A DNA stretch of 64,000 nt from Callorhinchus milii (GCF_018977255.1 NW_024704752.1:682001-746000), one strand, 5' to 3'. Shown: positions 13,501 through 27,089, numbered from the stretch's first letter. Notes: generated by a model not told the origin, from the sequence alone. Numbers and translations: made by a program.

Positions 13501-13767
13501 CTAGCTCGGAAATTACCTGATAACTTTAATGAGGCTCAATGTATAACCTTTAGCATGCTCATCTTTTGTGCTGTTTGGATCACTTTTATACCAGTTTACG
13601 TCAGCTCTCCTGGGAAATACACCATTGCTGTCGAAGTCTTTGCTATTTTAGCCTCGAGTTTTGGGTTATTGTTTTGTATTTTTGTTCCTAAATGTTACAT
13701 TATTTTGATAAAACCTGAAATAAATACCAGAAGACACTTGATGGGCAAAGTACCTGTAAATGAATAA
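7549..13767 (+). CDS. V2R/OlfC-type class C GPCR, type B, copy B2 (complete, about 865 aa)
   Basis: Exons 7549-7754 (signal peptide, GDIVLGGIF), 9494-9791, 10399-11229, 11418-11645, 12634-12757, 12857-13767. All introns are GT-AG and the exons total 2598 nt in an open frame. Confidence 0.93.
8380..8592 (+). mobile_element. DeuSINE-like 3' fragment ending in (tat)n
   Basis: tgtgggacactgctgtgcacaatcagctgctgcatttcgccc core, shared tail and (tat)n end. Confidence 0.6.
8985..9285 (+). mobile_element. CR1-type 3' fragment in B2 intron 1
   Basis: tttacccacagagtggtgggaatgtggaac...gggctgaatggcctgtttctgtg...(attctatg)n terminus. Paralogous copy at ~56650-56955. Confidence 0.6.
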
Positions 13768-14099
13768 GCACTGCACACTGCAGGTATATGATCATGTGTA
13801 ACAGAATGTAAACATATCATGTCTTCATTAAATGCAAAAAAAAATAACTGAGTTGAATATCACATATATTTAATATTTCATATGTATAATGGGATTATGC
13901 TTGTTAGCATTTTCACATAATCAATAATAGGATCCCTAATCCCTAAAAAAATGTGCTTTCCAACTAAAAGTAATGTATTTGAGTCCAGGGCTATTGCTGT
14001 GGAGTGCATAGAATGGGCAAAACTACAGTTGTCTATTGTATAAGTTTTGCTGTTTTGTTTGACTATTGTCGGACAAGGTCTATGGGAGTGATTTCAACA

Positions 14100-16260
14100 C
14101 AGTCAACAACGACCTGCATTTATATAGGGCCCTTCATGTGGGTTAGTGTCCCAGAGCGCTTGACAGTGGCGGAGTCTCACAATGAGCGAGGGGGAGAGGG
14201 AGGGCAGAGGTGACCGTAAGCACCATCAAAAGGGGAGTTGTTTAGACCCATCGCCAGACTACGGCACTACCTCACCCCTCACGCGGCTGAAACTCTGGTC
14301 CACGCCTTTATCACCTCAAGGCTGGACTATGGGAACTCTCTCCTTGTCGGCCTTCCCGGCCCTCCCTCCACACTGCAGGTCATTCAGAACTCTGCAGCTC
14401 ATGTACTGTCCCGCACCAGGCTCCGCGACCACATCACTCCCACCCTTGCCCTCACCCTCACTCCCACCCTCACCCTCGCCCTCGCTCGCCTCCACTGGCT
14501 CCCCATTCCCAGATGATCGAATTCAAGATCCTCATCCTCACCTACAAGGCCATTCACGGCCTTGCTCCCTCCTGCCTCTCCGACCTACTATCCCCCTACT
14601 TACCTGCCCGTACCCTCCATTCCTCTGGCTCCGGTCTACTCCACATCCCCTGCCCCAACCACCCTACCATCGGTGGCCGGGACTTCGGCCTCTCAGCCCC
14701 GAGGCTCTGGAACTCCATCACCCAGTGCCTTCACCGCTTCCTCCCTTTCCTCCTTCAAGGCTGGTCTCAAGACCTTTCTCTTTGACCGTGTCTTCATCTC
14801 CCCTCTCGACTCTCTACCCCTCCTCGCTGCCTCCCTTCCCTCCCCTCACTCTGACCATTTCCTCCCTGCTCGGGTCCCGACCCAACTGTCCAGCGCCTTG
14901 GGACGTCTTCCCGAAGTGAAAGGTTCTCTATCAATGAAATCTTGTTGTTGTTGTAGTAGGCGGGATTTGAAGGTTGGTGAGGGAGGGGGCAGGGATGGAA
15001 GGAGAAAGTTCCAGAATTTTGGGGAGCAGTGACTAAAAGCACGACCAGCAATGGTGCAACCGAGGACACAATGGACAAACAGGACCGTAGCCGGCCGAGT
15101 GGAGACAGCGGGTGGTGGAGTGGTGAGGGGCTGTGGCTAAGAAGGTTGGGTAGGTAGGGAGGTGTGAGGGCTTGAAGGGATTTGGAAATGAGTGAGAGGA
15201 TCTTGAAATCGATCCGTTCGGTGATTGGGAGCCAGTGGAGCCTGGCAAGGACTGGGGTGATGGGGGGACAGAGTTTTGTGCAGGTGAATATCCGGGCAGC
15301 AGAGTTGTGACTTAATTGGATTTTGTGTATGGTGGAGCTGAGGGGGAGACCAGCAAAACGGCATTAGAATCGTCCAGCTGGGAATTGGTGAAGATGAGGA
15401 TGAGCGTTTCTGCTGTGATGGTTGTTAGGTAATGGATGGAAGCGCGTAATGTGGCGGAACTGGAATAAAGTGATCCTGGTCAGCGATCGGATGTGTGGTA
15501 GAAAGCGAAGCTGGGGATCGGACCTGATGCCTACATTGCCCACACATTTGCAGTGTCTGAGGGAGGTTGAGGAGTTCGGACCCGCAGGTGAGAAGATGTT
15601 GATGGCAGTTAAAGTCTATGGCTTCCTTCTTGCTGACATTCAGCTGCAGAAAATTTGTGCTCCTCCAGGCCTTGATGGCCATCAAACAAACTGATAAGAC
15701 ATCAGTGGACTGGGAAACGCAGCTGGAGAAGAAGATTTCTGTGTCATCCGCAAACATGTGGAAGTTGACCCCACGTCTGCAAATGACATCTCCGAAAGGG
15801 AGCATGTAGATGAGGAAAGGAACGGAGCCAAGTGTGTAACCATGGGGCACCCTGCAGGTGATCGGGTGGGGGCGTGAGGGAAAACCATTGGCCAAGATGA
15901 AGTGCTCACAGTTGTTTAAGTAGGACTTGAACCATGCGAGTGCAGGTCCATGAAGGTGGATGGGCGAGGAGAGGCAGTGGAGGAGGATGGTGCGGTTGAC
16001 TGTGTTGAACCCAATGGAGAGGTCCAGCAGGATGAGGAGGCTGAGAGGGCCGTGGTTACACAGAGAGAGGACATCATTTGTTACTTTGACAAGTGCTGTC
16101 TCTGTGCTGTGGGCTGGAAACTGAACTGGAGGGGTTCGAGTAGCGTTTGGATGTTGAGGTGAGAGCGAAGTTGGTTTGCAACAATGCGTTCCAGGGCTTT
16201 GGCCAGGAAAGGCAGGTTTGAAATGGGACGGGTAGTGCAGGACGCTGAAGGGATCGTGAT
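14100..16260 (-). mobile_element. Degenerate L2-clade LINE (interrupted by a plus-strand L2)
   Basis: Minus-strand RT motifs CRVPHGYTLGSVPFLIYMLP..FHMFADDTEI. Confidence 0.75.
14215..14955 (+). mobile_element. Relatively young 5'-truncated L2-clade LINE
   Basis: AETLVHAFITSRLDYGNSLLVGLP..QNSAAHVL..HITP..LHWLP; [19 protein letters not shown]; (ttg)n tail. Confidence 0.85.
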
Positions 16261-17129
16261 ATATCAGTGATGATTCGTTTGTAAACCTTATTGGCCATTA
16301 GCCACTTTGGAGGACTGGAACACTCTGATGCACTCAATTTTTTTTTGATTTATTTTTGACAAGATTCTTACTTTAATGATTTTGAGGAAAACATTAGCAG
16401 CAAAATGAAGGATGTGACAGCTGAGTCTGTTCGTTCTTATATTGAATTTCAATTTATAGTAATTGACAATCGCTTCTTTGGAACACAATCTGATTTTCTC
16501 TGACCTCCAGCAATGGTGCACATTGACTGTTGCAAGGCTAAAGTTCATCACCAATATTCGTAACGGTATTAAATGTTCAAGGTTACCAGTGGATGGTTGC
16601 TTGTCTCATGTAATTACCTTTCTCTGTGACTACCAGGTATATACAGATAAAGGATTGTTGATCAATTCGAAGACTTCACTTATTCTTGCTCTTAATGGTC
16701 CCTCTGAGCACAGTCATAACACAATTATTATACGAGTATAAGTCTTGCTGGACTGAAGGAGATTGATGGAGCTTGAGGTCCATCCAGTTCAGCTTCTGCA
16801 CCCTGGCAGTCACAAGCACATGCCATGGCCCAAACTATACACTCTGTGTACATTTGAACAAGGTTTTTCCGTTTTGATTTGATCTTTTGTATGTGGAATT
16901 GAAGGTTTGCAACCATGATCAGTTTGTGCAACTGACCTAATAATACTAGTGACAGTAATTCATCCTTGCATTTGATATCTCCCCTTTCACTTCAGGAGTA
17001 CCTTTCGTGTTGGGAGGACATCCCAAGGCACTGGACAGACAGAGTTTCGGACCTGAGCTGGGGGTTGGGGTCAGGGTGGTTTGACGGAAGTGGGGCAAGC
17101 AGGGAGATCGAAAGCACCATCAAAAAGAA

Positions 17130-19240
17130 AATAAGAACATAAGAATTAGGAGCTGCAGTAGGCCATTTGGCCCCTCGAGCCTGCCCTGCCATTTAATAAG
17201 ATCGTGGCTGATCTATTCTAACTCCACCTACCCGCCTTATCCCCATATCCCTTAATCCCTTTATCTACAAGAAATCTATCAATCTCAGTCTTGAATATAT
17301 TCAAGGACTGAGCATCTACAGCCCTATGGAGTAGGGAATTCCATAAATTCGCTACCGTCTGAGTGAAGAAGTTTTTCCTCAACTCAGTGTGAAATTTTAA
17401 GACTGTGACCCCTGGCTATAGTTTCTCCAACCAAGGGAAAACGTCTCACACTATCTATTCTGTCGTGCCCCTTAATAATCTTATAGGTTTCTATAAGATC
17501 ACCTCTCATTCTTCTATATTTTAGAGAATATAGGCCTAAATTGCTCAACCTATCCTCATAACTCATCCTCCTCATCCCAGGTACCAACCTAGTGAATCTA
17601 CGTTGTACCCCCTCCAAGGCGAATACATCCTTTCTTAAATAAGGAGACCAAAACTGCACACAATACTCTAGATGCGGCCTCACCAGGGCCCTATACAGTG
17701 CAGCAAGACTTCCCTACTCTTATATTCTAACCCNTTTTGTAACAAATGCCAACATACCGTTAGCTTTCCTAATTGCTTGCTGTATCTGCAAACTAACCTT
17801 TGTGACTGATGTACAAGAACACCCATGTCCCTCTGAATGCTAACACTATCTAGTTTCTCCCCTTCTAAAAATGATCTGCTCTACTGTTTTTGCTAACAAG
17901 GTGGATGACCTCACACTTCCCTACATTATACTTCACCTGCCACCTATTTGCCCACTCACCTAGTCTATCTATATCTCGTTGCATTTTTTAATGTCATACT
18001 CGGTGTTTACTCTCCCTAGTTTAGTGTCATCCGTGAATTTGGATACATTAAGTTCAATGTCCTCATCTGGATCGTTGATGTAGATTGTAAATAGTTGAGA
18101 CCCAAGCACTGATCCTTGTGGCACTCCACTAGTCACATCCCACCAATCTGAGAAGGACCTGTTTATCCCTACTCTTTGTTTTCTTCCCGTTAGCCATTCT
18201 TCAATCCATGCTAATATATTCTCCTTAATTCCATGGGCCCTAATCTTGAGGATCAACCTTTCATGCAGAACCTTATCAAATGCCTTTTGGAAATCAAAAT
18301 ACACTACATCCACTGATTGCCCCTATCTAATCTACTTGATATGTTCTCAAAAAAATCTAAAAGATTTGTTAAGCATGACTTCCCTTTTGTGAAGCCATGT
18401 TGACTCTGTCTAATCATATTGTGGTCCTCTAAGTATCCCACTATGACATCCTAAATTAAGGGTTCTAGAATTTTCCCGACCACCGATGTCAGACTAACTG
18501 GTCTATAGTTCCCCATCTTTTCTCTCCCACACTTCTTAAATAGTGGTGTGACGTTTGCGATCTTCCAACCGTTCCAGAATCCAACGAATTTTGGAAGATC
18601 AGACACAAGGCCTCCACTATCTCATGAGCTTCCTCTTTTAAAACCCTCGGATGCAAACCATCAGGTCCAGGGGACTCGTCACTTTTTAATGCCAACAATT
18701 TCCCGAGCACCAATTCTTTGCTAATGTAAATTTCCCTAAGTTGCTCCTTGGTTCATCTCTATTTCTGGTAAACTTCTTGTGTCTTCTAACGTGAAGACAG
18801 AAGCAAAGTATTTATTTAGGGACTCTGCCATATCCTTATAGCCCATTATTATTCCTCCTGTGTCTGCCTGTAATGGACCCACATTTACTTTTGCAAGCCT
18901 ATTCCTCTGAATGTATTTATAAAAACTCTTACAATCTGCCTTAATGTCCCTCGCTAGCTTGCCCTCATAATCCATTTTCTCAATCTTAATGAGCTTTTTG
19001 GTTTTCTTTTGTTTGTCCCTAAAACACTCCCAGTCCTCAGTTTGCTCCTCTTTTGGCAATTTTATAGGCCTTTTCTTTTAGTTTTATACTTTCTCTAACT
19101 GCTCTAGTTAGCCACGGATGAACTGCTTTCCCTGTGAGGGAATATGTGACCGCTGAGAATTTTGCACTACATCTTTAAACGTTTGCCACTGTTGGCCTAT
19201 TGTCATATCCATTAATCTAATTCCCCAGTCTATTTTAGCT
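17130..19240 (-). mobile_element. CR1 LINE ORF2 (RT) remnant nested inside an L2 copy
   Basis: SPGPDGLHPRVLKE, DVVYFDFQKAFDKV, VTSGVPQGSVLG..FTDDTKLG and RPHLEYCVQFWSPY motifs, frameshifted. L2 sequence continues on both sides (17000-17125 and 19240-19940). Confidence 0.9.
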
Positions 19241-19940
19241 AAAAGGAGGGTCTTGAGATGAGTCCTGAAGGTGGCGATGAGGGGGCGAGGTGGCGGGACT
19301 GTGGGATGGAGTACCAGAGGGTAGGGGCAGAGTGGCAGAAGGCCCGATCGCCAATAGTAGGGCGAGCAAGGCAGGGGACATACAGCAGGCTGGAGCCCAC
19401 TGAGCGGAGGGAGCGAGTAGGATGGTAAGGGATTAGGAGGTCACAGAAGTAGGGGGGAGCAAGACCATGGAGGGCTTTGAAGGTGAGAACCAGGATCTTG
19501 AATGTATCCCCTGTGAGACGGGAAGCCAGTGGAGCTGGGCAAGGATGGTGGTGATAGGGTTGTGAAGTTTACTGTGGGCGAGGACACAGGCTGCAGAGTT
19601 CTGGATGATATGCAGCCGACAGTGGGAGGTGTTGGGGAAGCCAACAAGCAGTGATTTTGCACAGTCGAGCTTTGATGTAATGAAAGCGTGTATCAGGGTT
19701 TCAGTGGCCTGCGGTGTGAGACAGTGGCTGAGCCGGGCAATGTTGTGGTGGTGCGGGACGGCAGAGCGGGTCATGGCACAGATGAGGGGCAGAAAGGACA
19801 GTTGAAGGTCAAACAAGATGCTAAGGTCCCGGAGTGGCTTCGCAAGGTGGGATGTGCAACCATGGATGGAGATGCTGTCAGCGCCTGAGGTGAGGGGGCG
19901 CTAATGGGATCCAATCAGGAGAGCTCGGTCTTGTTGTCGA
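19240..19940 (-). mobile_element. L2-clade LINE remnant
   Basis: [37 protein letters not shown]. Confidence 0.8.
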
Positions 19941-20159
19941 TAAGTTATAGAGAGACTTCATTCATATTAATTAGTTGGTTGCTCATGTCACATATCTTAT
20001 TTAACAAGAGTATTGCTTATCATAACGGTCTACGGTGCTGTTAGTTGGTGCCAAACAAGACGATAGCCACACATTAGGGATTTCACCGTATTAAAGGCAG
20101 AAGTGTGCAGGTGGAATATGTTTGAAAGCCCCAATCATGGCTACAGGAGCTGAGGGATT

Positions 20160-20368
20160 AGTTACTGTTTCCATACTCAGGTCCGTTATTGCCCCTGGGA
20201 TTCTCACAATGTATTTACACTTTATATTTGGGATCAGAAAGGGAGCTAATCCCACAAGTGGTTACTGTTTGATACACTATATATACAAACAGATTCAGCC
20301 CCACGTACAATATACAGCACAGTTTCATGCTGACAAGGGATCAGCAGCGGTTACCGAGAAGCTCTGTG
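20160..20368 (+). promoter_or_regulatory. Putative proximal promoter of A3 (O/E-like site and TATA)
   Basis: GCCCCTGGGA at 20191-20200 and cactatatata at ~20275. Confidence 0.55.
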
Positions 20369-23300
20369 ATGTTCAGCCCATATGTGTGGCTGCTCATTGC
20401 TTGTTGTGTTTGGGGATCCCAGGGAAAGCATTGCAGGCTCCAAGGCAAGTTCAATCTATCGGAAATATCCAAAGATGGCGATATCGTTCTAGGAGGTATC
20501 TTCAATGTACACGTTGATCACTTTGAACAAATGAATACGTTCGTTACTGCTCCAGAAGAAACAAAATGCAAAAGGTGAGCTCAGTAATGTTAGGGACCAT
20601 CGTATGATCAGAATTTAATAATAATAATGATCCTTGCATTTGATACAGCGCCTTATCACATCTTCGAGACGTCTCAAAGCGGTTCACAAGATATACTGTA
20701 AAGTGAATTGACTGCATATGTAGTGGACAAAAGGCGTCAGCCAATTGTGCACAGCAGTGTCCCACAAACAGTCGTGGATTGAAATGACCAAATTATTATC
20801 ATTACTGATGTGTTGAAGTAATTATTACCCCCAGAAAAGCGATCTGCCAATCGACTGATGACCAGGTTCCTATTTAGTGCTGGTAAACAGAGGAGTGTGG
20901 GGTAAGGAAACTTGCCCAACGTTTTGCCCTGCTCGCGAGTTCAACCAACGTCACTCGCTTGCAAGTCAAGTGCTCTAACTGCTGAGCTGCAAGACTACAA
21001 TTACAGCATTAATGTAAGTGGAGGTGATCAATCCTCCCAGGTCTATTTTAGTGAAAGTTATATATTTAATAATGTTGAACCCCATTCGCTTGTGAGTGAT
21101 TTATTATTCAAAATAATTCTGAAGTGTTCAACACCATTTGTTGGCTTTAAAATAACACATTTATTCAGACTGCAAGCCAAAATAAGATTCAGCAAAGAAT
21201 TACATGGACAGTTTTCCGTTTCCTATTTTCGTAAAAATTCACTGTCCTGATAGGCTTATTATCATGTTCTTATCAACTAAAACAAAAACTTGCATTACCA
21301 AGAAGCTCTGTGATGTATAGGCTCTATGTGGTGCTGCTCAGTGCCTGTTGTGTGTGGGAGTAACAGGGAAAGGATTTGAGGCTGGAACAGAAATTCAATC
21401 TATCCGAAATATCCATATTTCCGGCAGGGCAGTGCCTTGAACAGCTTAACGGTGACTTAGTGTGAGCCCTTTTGCTTGGGAGATGAGTTATTAAACCAAG
21501 ACCTTGTCTGCTTGCTGAAGTGGGCATGAAAGATTTGCTGGGATTTTTGTAAAAGAGAAATGCTTTCAGACCTTCTTTATGTCACAGGCACTATCACAAA
21601 CATTAGGTTTATTATTCCCGTCATGGAATGCATTTGGCCCAATGAAAAGTAACATTACTTACGTTTGCAACAGCGCCTTTCACCTCGAGAGGACATCTCA
21701 AGGTGCATCACTGGGTTTTCTATGCAATGCAGTGATTGTGGTCTCAAAGGCCCATTCTATTCAAAAAGCACCTTATTGAAGCTGTCATTCAATGTACAGG
21801 ACTCTGATATAACTGCAACATTAATGGTGGGTTTCTCGTGCAGTTTCGATTTCAGAGCCTTCCGACTGGTGAATACGATGATGTTTGCAATAGAGGAAAT
21901 AAACCAGAACCCGGCACTGCTTCCTGATATTACTCTGGGATATAAGATTTATGATGACTGCGGATCTTCCAATATTGCCACTAAAGTAGCACTGAGCCTT
22001 GTGAACGGTCAAGGAGCAACAGAGGATGACCATAACTGTGAAGGGCCTCCTAATGTCCCAGCTCTTGTTGGTGTTGCTGGATCCTCAGACTCCATAGCTG
22101 TTGCAAGGTCAATTGGTCCATTCAGAATCCCAATGGTACGTTATCATTTTCATATTGGTGCAAAGTCAGTTACTCTCTGAACAGAAAATAAATATTTAAC
22201 ATTTCAAAATCATTTAAACCTAAAACCAATATGAACATTGTAGATTGATTATATAATGATATTTTCATGTCTGTTATATGTTAAACACATGCAGTAATAA
22301 ATGATAATCCTTCTCTTCTTCTTAATTTATCTTGTATATTTTGCGTCTCTAACACTCCACCCCTTCCCACCCTTCAAAAACAATGACAGCGTCTTACTTA
22401 AGGAAGCCTTAGTTGATGATTAACTATACTGGAATGCTTGAGATTGGAAACTGTAATGCTCATCAAACGTGTATAAAACAAAAATGTTTTTATTCAGATC
22501 CTAACTGTTTTCTGTCTAAATCTCTAATCAACTGAAGGTCAGTTACTTCTCCACGTGCGTCTGTCTCAGTGACAGAAACGAATATCCCACGTTTTACAGA
22601 ACCATACCCAGTGACTACCATCAGTCCAAGGCTTTAGCTCAAATCATTAAGAAGTTTGGATGGACGTGGATTGGGACTATCAGAAGCAACAATGACTATG
22701 GTAACTTTGGAATGCAGGCATTTGTAGACATTGCGCAGGAACTTGGCATTTGCATTGCCTTCTCGGAATCATTTTATAGAACAGATCCATTTGAAAAGTT
22801 AAAAATAATTGTAAATATAATTAAGTTATCGACCACAAAAGTTGTGGTGGCTTTTGCTGGTGATACCGAAATGCAATTATTACTCAAAGAAGTAATACGA
22901 CAAAACCTCACTGGAATACAGTGGGTGGGAACTGAAGCCTGGATAACAGCCCAACTTATTGCCCCAAATGAAAGTGCGAGATTTCTTATTGGAGCAATTG
23001 GCCCAGCGATTCCTTCAGCAGAAGTAAAGGGATTGCAGGAATTCCTTCTGAAAATTCATCCGTCTAAGTTTCCCGGAAATAGTTTAGTTCAGGAGTTTTG
23101 GGAAACTGCGTTCCAATGTAGTTTCTGGTCAGGAAACACAAGCCAAACAAACACAACATCCACATTGCAGCAATGCACCGGCAAAGAAGATGTAACAGAA
23201 ATACACAATGGATATTCTGATGTAACTATGGATGGAATTTCCTACAACGTATACAAAGCGGTGTACGCTTTAGCTCATGCACTTCACAATCTGCTTTTGT

Positions 23301-25584
23301 GTGAGAGAGGAAAAGGACCATTTATGAACAACACCTGTGCACACACATCAAATTTTCAGCCATGGCAGGTAAGGAAAGATTCGTACATAAAACATATCTG
23401 TATTGGTAACCAATGCTCTGTGTATTTTTTTAAATATGTCAGCCTACTGACGATTGTTAAGTTACTAACCATCTCATAGAATAAACATTATCGTTCATGT
23501 AATGTGACGTTATGATTCCTCAATGCTGCCTTACATTTGATCATATTCTTTGATATTGTTGTACAGATTCTCCATTACCTACAGTCAGTAAATTTTACAT
23601 CTAAATCCGGTGACAGAATTTATTTTGATGAAAACGGTGACCCTGTGGCCAAGTATGACTTGATAAACTGGCAAAAGAATTTGAAAGGCGTTGCTGAAAC
23701 TCGTGTAATTGGCTTCTACGATGGTTCCGCATCTCCAAGCCGGGAGCTTACGGTGAATGAGGAGGCTATCGTGTGGAGCAATGGTCAAACTGAGGTGTTT
23801 ATCTGTCTGCTTTAGAAAATAAACAATTACCATGAAGGAGAATGTCAAACAATTCTGAAGTAGGAACCCAATTGTTAGTTGATTGGTGGATCACTCTTCT
23901 GGTGGTAAAAATTCCTTCAAAAAAAAATAATTTGGTCACTCCATCCACGACTGTTTGTGGGACGCTGCTGCGCGCAATTGGCTGCTGCATTTTGCCCAGA
24001 AAACATGCAGTCAATTCACTTTACAGCATATTCTGTGAAGAGCTTTGAGACATCTCAAAGGCATGATAAGGCACTGTATCAATGCAAGGATTATTATTTT
24101 ATGATTATAAAACATTAAAGCAAATTGTATTGATATCGTGCCCTTCACATACCATTGCGACTTTGAGTGTTTACAGTGGAGGCACTGAGTTGGGGGAATG
24201 AGGGAGGGGGGAGGTTACTGTCGGTGAGGAAGGTTCTGACATTCAACTTGAAGACCAACAAAGGGGGTGAGATTGAGGTGTGCATGGAGGCAGTTTCAGA
24301 GTTCAGGTGTAGAATTAAACAGCTTTGAGACAATACATCTTTATAATCAGTTCATTTGTGTTGTTTTGAAAACATGCATTGACTGACGTGACCATTACTG
24401 ATTGAATCATCTGCAACATTTTATTTGACAAGTTTTATTTTTATTCTGAGATCCCACGTGCGGTTTGCAGTGAGAGCTGTATTCCTGGAACAAGAAAAGT
24501 TGCCAGAAAAGGCCAACCCGTGTGTTGCTTTGACTGTACAGAATGTGCTGAGGGAGAAATCAGCAACATCACAGGTGAGTGTGAAATTCCTCTTCCTATT
24601 TAATGCTTCTCTTTCAAAAACTCCCTTTAGTAATATTCATGCCATACTTACTGAATTATCGTACCTTTCCCAGATTCCACAGACTGCATTAAATGCCCTG
24701 AACAATATTGGCCCAATCAGCAGAGAGATCGTTGCCGACCAAAGGAAATAGAGTTCCTCTCCTTTACCGAAATGCTGGGAGGTGTATTGCTGACATTGGC
24801 TCTGGTGGGAGTGAGCACCACAATAAGTATTGCCATTGTCTTCTTCACACACAGAGACACTCCTATTGTTAAAGCCAACAATTCTGAGCTCAGCTATCTG
24901 CTTCTCTTTGCATTAACGCTGTGTTTTCTGTGCTCAGTGACTTTCATTGGCGAGCCCTCAGTCTGGGCTTGCATGTTGTGCCACACAGCATTCGCTATCG
25001 CTTTCGTTCTCTGTATTTCCTGTATTTTGATTAAAACAATCCTTGTGATTCTGGCGTTTAAGGCAACTCTTCCAAACAACAACATGGCCAAATTGTTCGG
25101 GCCTGCTCAGCAGCGTTGGAGTGTATTCCTCCTTACCTCTGTTCAGTGCCTGATATGTACTCTCTGGTTAACTATATCACACCCATTTCCCATGAGAAAC
25201 ACAGAATATTACAGAGAGATTATCATTCTGGAATGTGACCTGGGCTCTGTGAGCGCCTTTTATTCTATGGCGGGATATATTGCTTTCCTGGCCGGAGTGA
25301 GCTTTGTGCTGGCGTTTCTAGCTCGGAAATTACCTGATAACTTTAATGAGGCTCAATGTATAACCTTTAGCATGCTCATCTTTTGTGCTGTTTGGATCAC
25401 TTTTATACCAGTTTACATCAGCTCTCCTGGGAAATACACCGTTGCTGTCGAAGTCTTTGCTATTTTAGCCTCGAGTTTTGGGTTATTGTTTTGTATTTTT
25501 GTTCCTAAATGTTACATTATTTTGATAAAACCTGAAATGAATACCAGAAAACACTTGATGGGCAAAGTACCTGTAAATAAATAA
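20369..25584 (+). CDS. V2R/OlfC-type class C GPCR, type A, copy A3 (complete, about 863 aa)
   Basis: Exons 20369-20574 (an in-frame upstream ATG exists at 20327), 21844-22135, 22538-23368, 23567-23794, 24451-24574, 24674-25584. Total 2592 nt in an open frame. Confidence 0.93.
20615..21000 (-). mobile_element. Near full-length tRNA-derived DeuSINE-like element in A3 intron 1
   Basis: tRNA-like head (gcagctcagcagttagagcacttgacttgcaagcgag..gttgaactc), shared core, and tail ending in (att)n. Confidence 0.75.
21313..21414 (+). pseudogene. Relic duplicate of V2R exon 1 inside intron 1 of A3
   Basis: Translates [33 protein letters not shown], homologous to [34 protein letters not shown]. It has the same gaagctctgtg context before ATG, a TAA at 21361, and no 3' half or donor site. 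Confidence 0.85.
23865..24105 (+). mobile_element. DeuSINE-like fragment in A3 intron 4
   Basis: ctgtttgtgggacgctgctgcgcgcaattggctgctgcattttgccc core with the shared tail. Confidence 0.6.
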
Positions 25585-25759
25585 TCACTGCACACTTCCG
25601 GTATACATTTGTGGGAAAACTAATGTAAACACTCTTATTTGTTGATTAAAGCAAAAAGAAAATAACCATTTAAATGTTTCATATATATACTCTCGTATAT
25701 GGAATTGTTCATTGTAAAATTTCCAACATAATAAAATAATGGGAGTTTTGTCACTACAC

Positions 25760-26680
25760 ATAGAATCATAGAATTTTACAGCACAGAAGGAGTCCATTCG
25801 GCCCATCTTGTCTGTGCCGCCTCTTTGAGAAGAGCTTCCAAATCAATCCCACTCCCCCGATCTCTCCCCAAAGCTCTGCAAACTTGTCCTCCCCAAATAA
25901 TTATCTGCTTCTCCCTTAAAAGTTGTTATCACATCAGCTTCCACTGCAGTTTCAGCCAATGCATTCCAGATCCCAACAACTCATTGTGTGAAAATATTTC
26001 TCCTCACCTCCCCTCTGTTTCGGCTTCTCATCCAGCCCCCGCACTCATGCAGCATTCCTCAGGGCCCCGACACGTAACTGTTCAACAGTTTGGGACATCC
26101 TCCCGACATGAAAGGCACTCTATAAATGTCATTTTGTTGTTGTTGTTTCTTTTAACACCTATTTTAAATTGGTGTCCTCGGGTTACCGACCCACCCGCCA
26201 GTGGGAATAGTTTCTTGTTCACCCTATCGAATCCGCTCATCATTTTGAAAACTTCTATTAAGTCGCCCCTTAACCTTCTCTGCTCCAAGGAGAATAATCC
26301 GAGCTTCTCGAGCCTCTCCTGATCACTGAAGTCCCTTATTCCTGGTACCATTCTGGTCAATCTCCTTCACAACCTCTCCAATGCCTTGACATCCTTCCTA
26401 AAGTGTGGGGCCCAGAACTGAACACAGTCTCTCGCTGAGGCCTAACCAGTGTTTTATATAAAGGTTCATCATAACTTCTTGACTTGGGTATTCTAAGCCC
26501 CTATTTATAAAGCCTAGTATTCCGGATGCTTTTTTAACAGCTTTATCTCCCAGTCCTGCCAGCTTCAAAGATTTACCTATATGACCCCCAGGTCCCTCTG
26601 TTCCTTCACCCCTTTAAGATTGTACCATCAGCTTATATTGCCTCTCCTCATTCGTCCTCCAAAAATGCATCATTTGGCAT
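25760..26680 (-). mobile_element. CR1 LINE 3' remnant with a small nested L2-type tail (~26020-26145)
   Basis: TRMVPGIRDFSDQERLEKLGLFSLEQRRLRGDLIEVFK; (attctatg)n terminus at ~25760. Confidence 0.85.
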
Positions 26681-27089
26681 TTTGGTGGAGTTGGGAGGGG
26701 GGGGGGATATGGAGGGCAGCCTTTGCACACTCCACTCGGCTGGAGGGACCAAGGCAGCCCCGCGTTCACGGGAAGAAGATGCATCATGTGTCCTCTCCCT
26801 CTCTTTGCCGTTTGATCCTTTTATGGGGAAACACCAACAGATGTACAATGCGCGATTTGTACACATTGACGGGAAACTCATCAGTAACAGAGCAAGCGCT
26901 CATGTGTGCAGTGCCAACTAATGTGTGTGCGTTGTATACATCCCATTAGGCGCATACATCGCATACATCCTCTTTACCTAATTCTGGAAAGTATTAGGGG
27001 CAGGAAACGAGGCGTGGTGACCACAGAGTGTACGTTGGGGTAACTGCTGGAGTCTAACCAGCTAAAATCTCATAGTTTAACATTGGTAT

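Larger units (their letters stand above)
13768..20368. repeat. Intergenic segmental duplicate, copy 1 (copy 2 at 40684-46074)
   Basis: Colinear high identity including unique sequence and transposon junctions, with copy-specific deletions. Confidence 0.9.

Noticed and set aside
14182-15032. Pro/Ser-rich ORFs here and at 27477-28097 and 51676-52308 as novel genes
   Set aside because: They are alternate frames of C-rich L2 remnants or adjacent low-complexity repeat sequence.
17130-19240. Active or domesticated reverse transcriptase linked to receptor diversification
   Set aside because: The CR1 and L2 ORFs are truncated and frameshifted. The second copy exists because of segmental duplication, and nothing indicates selection on the ORF.
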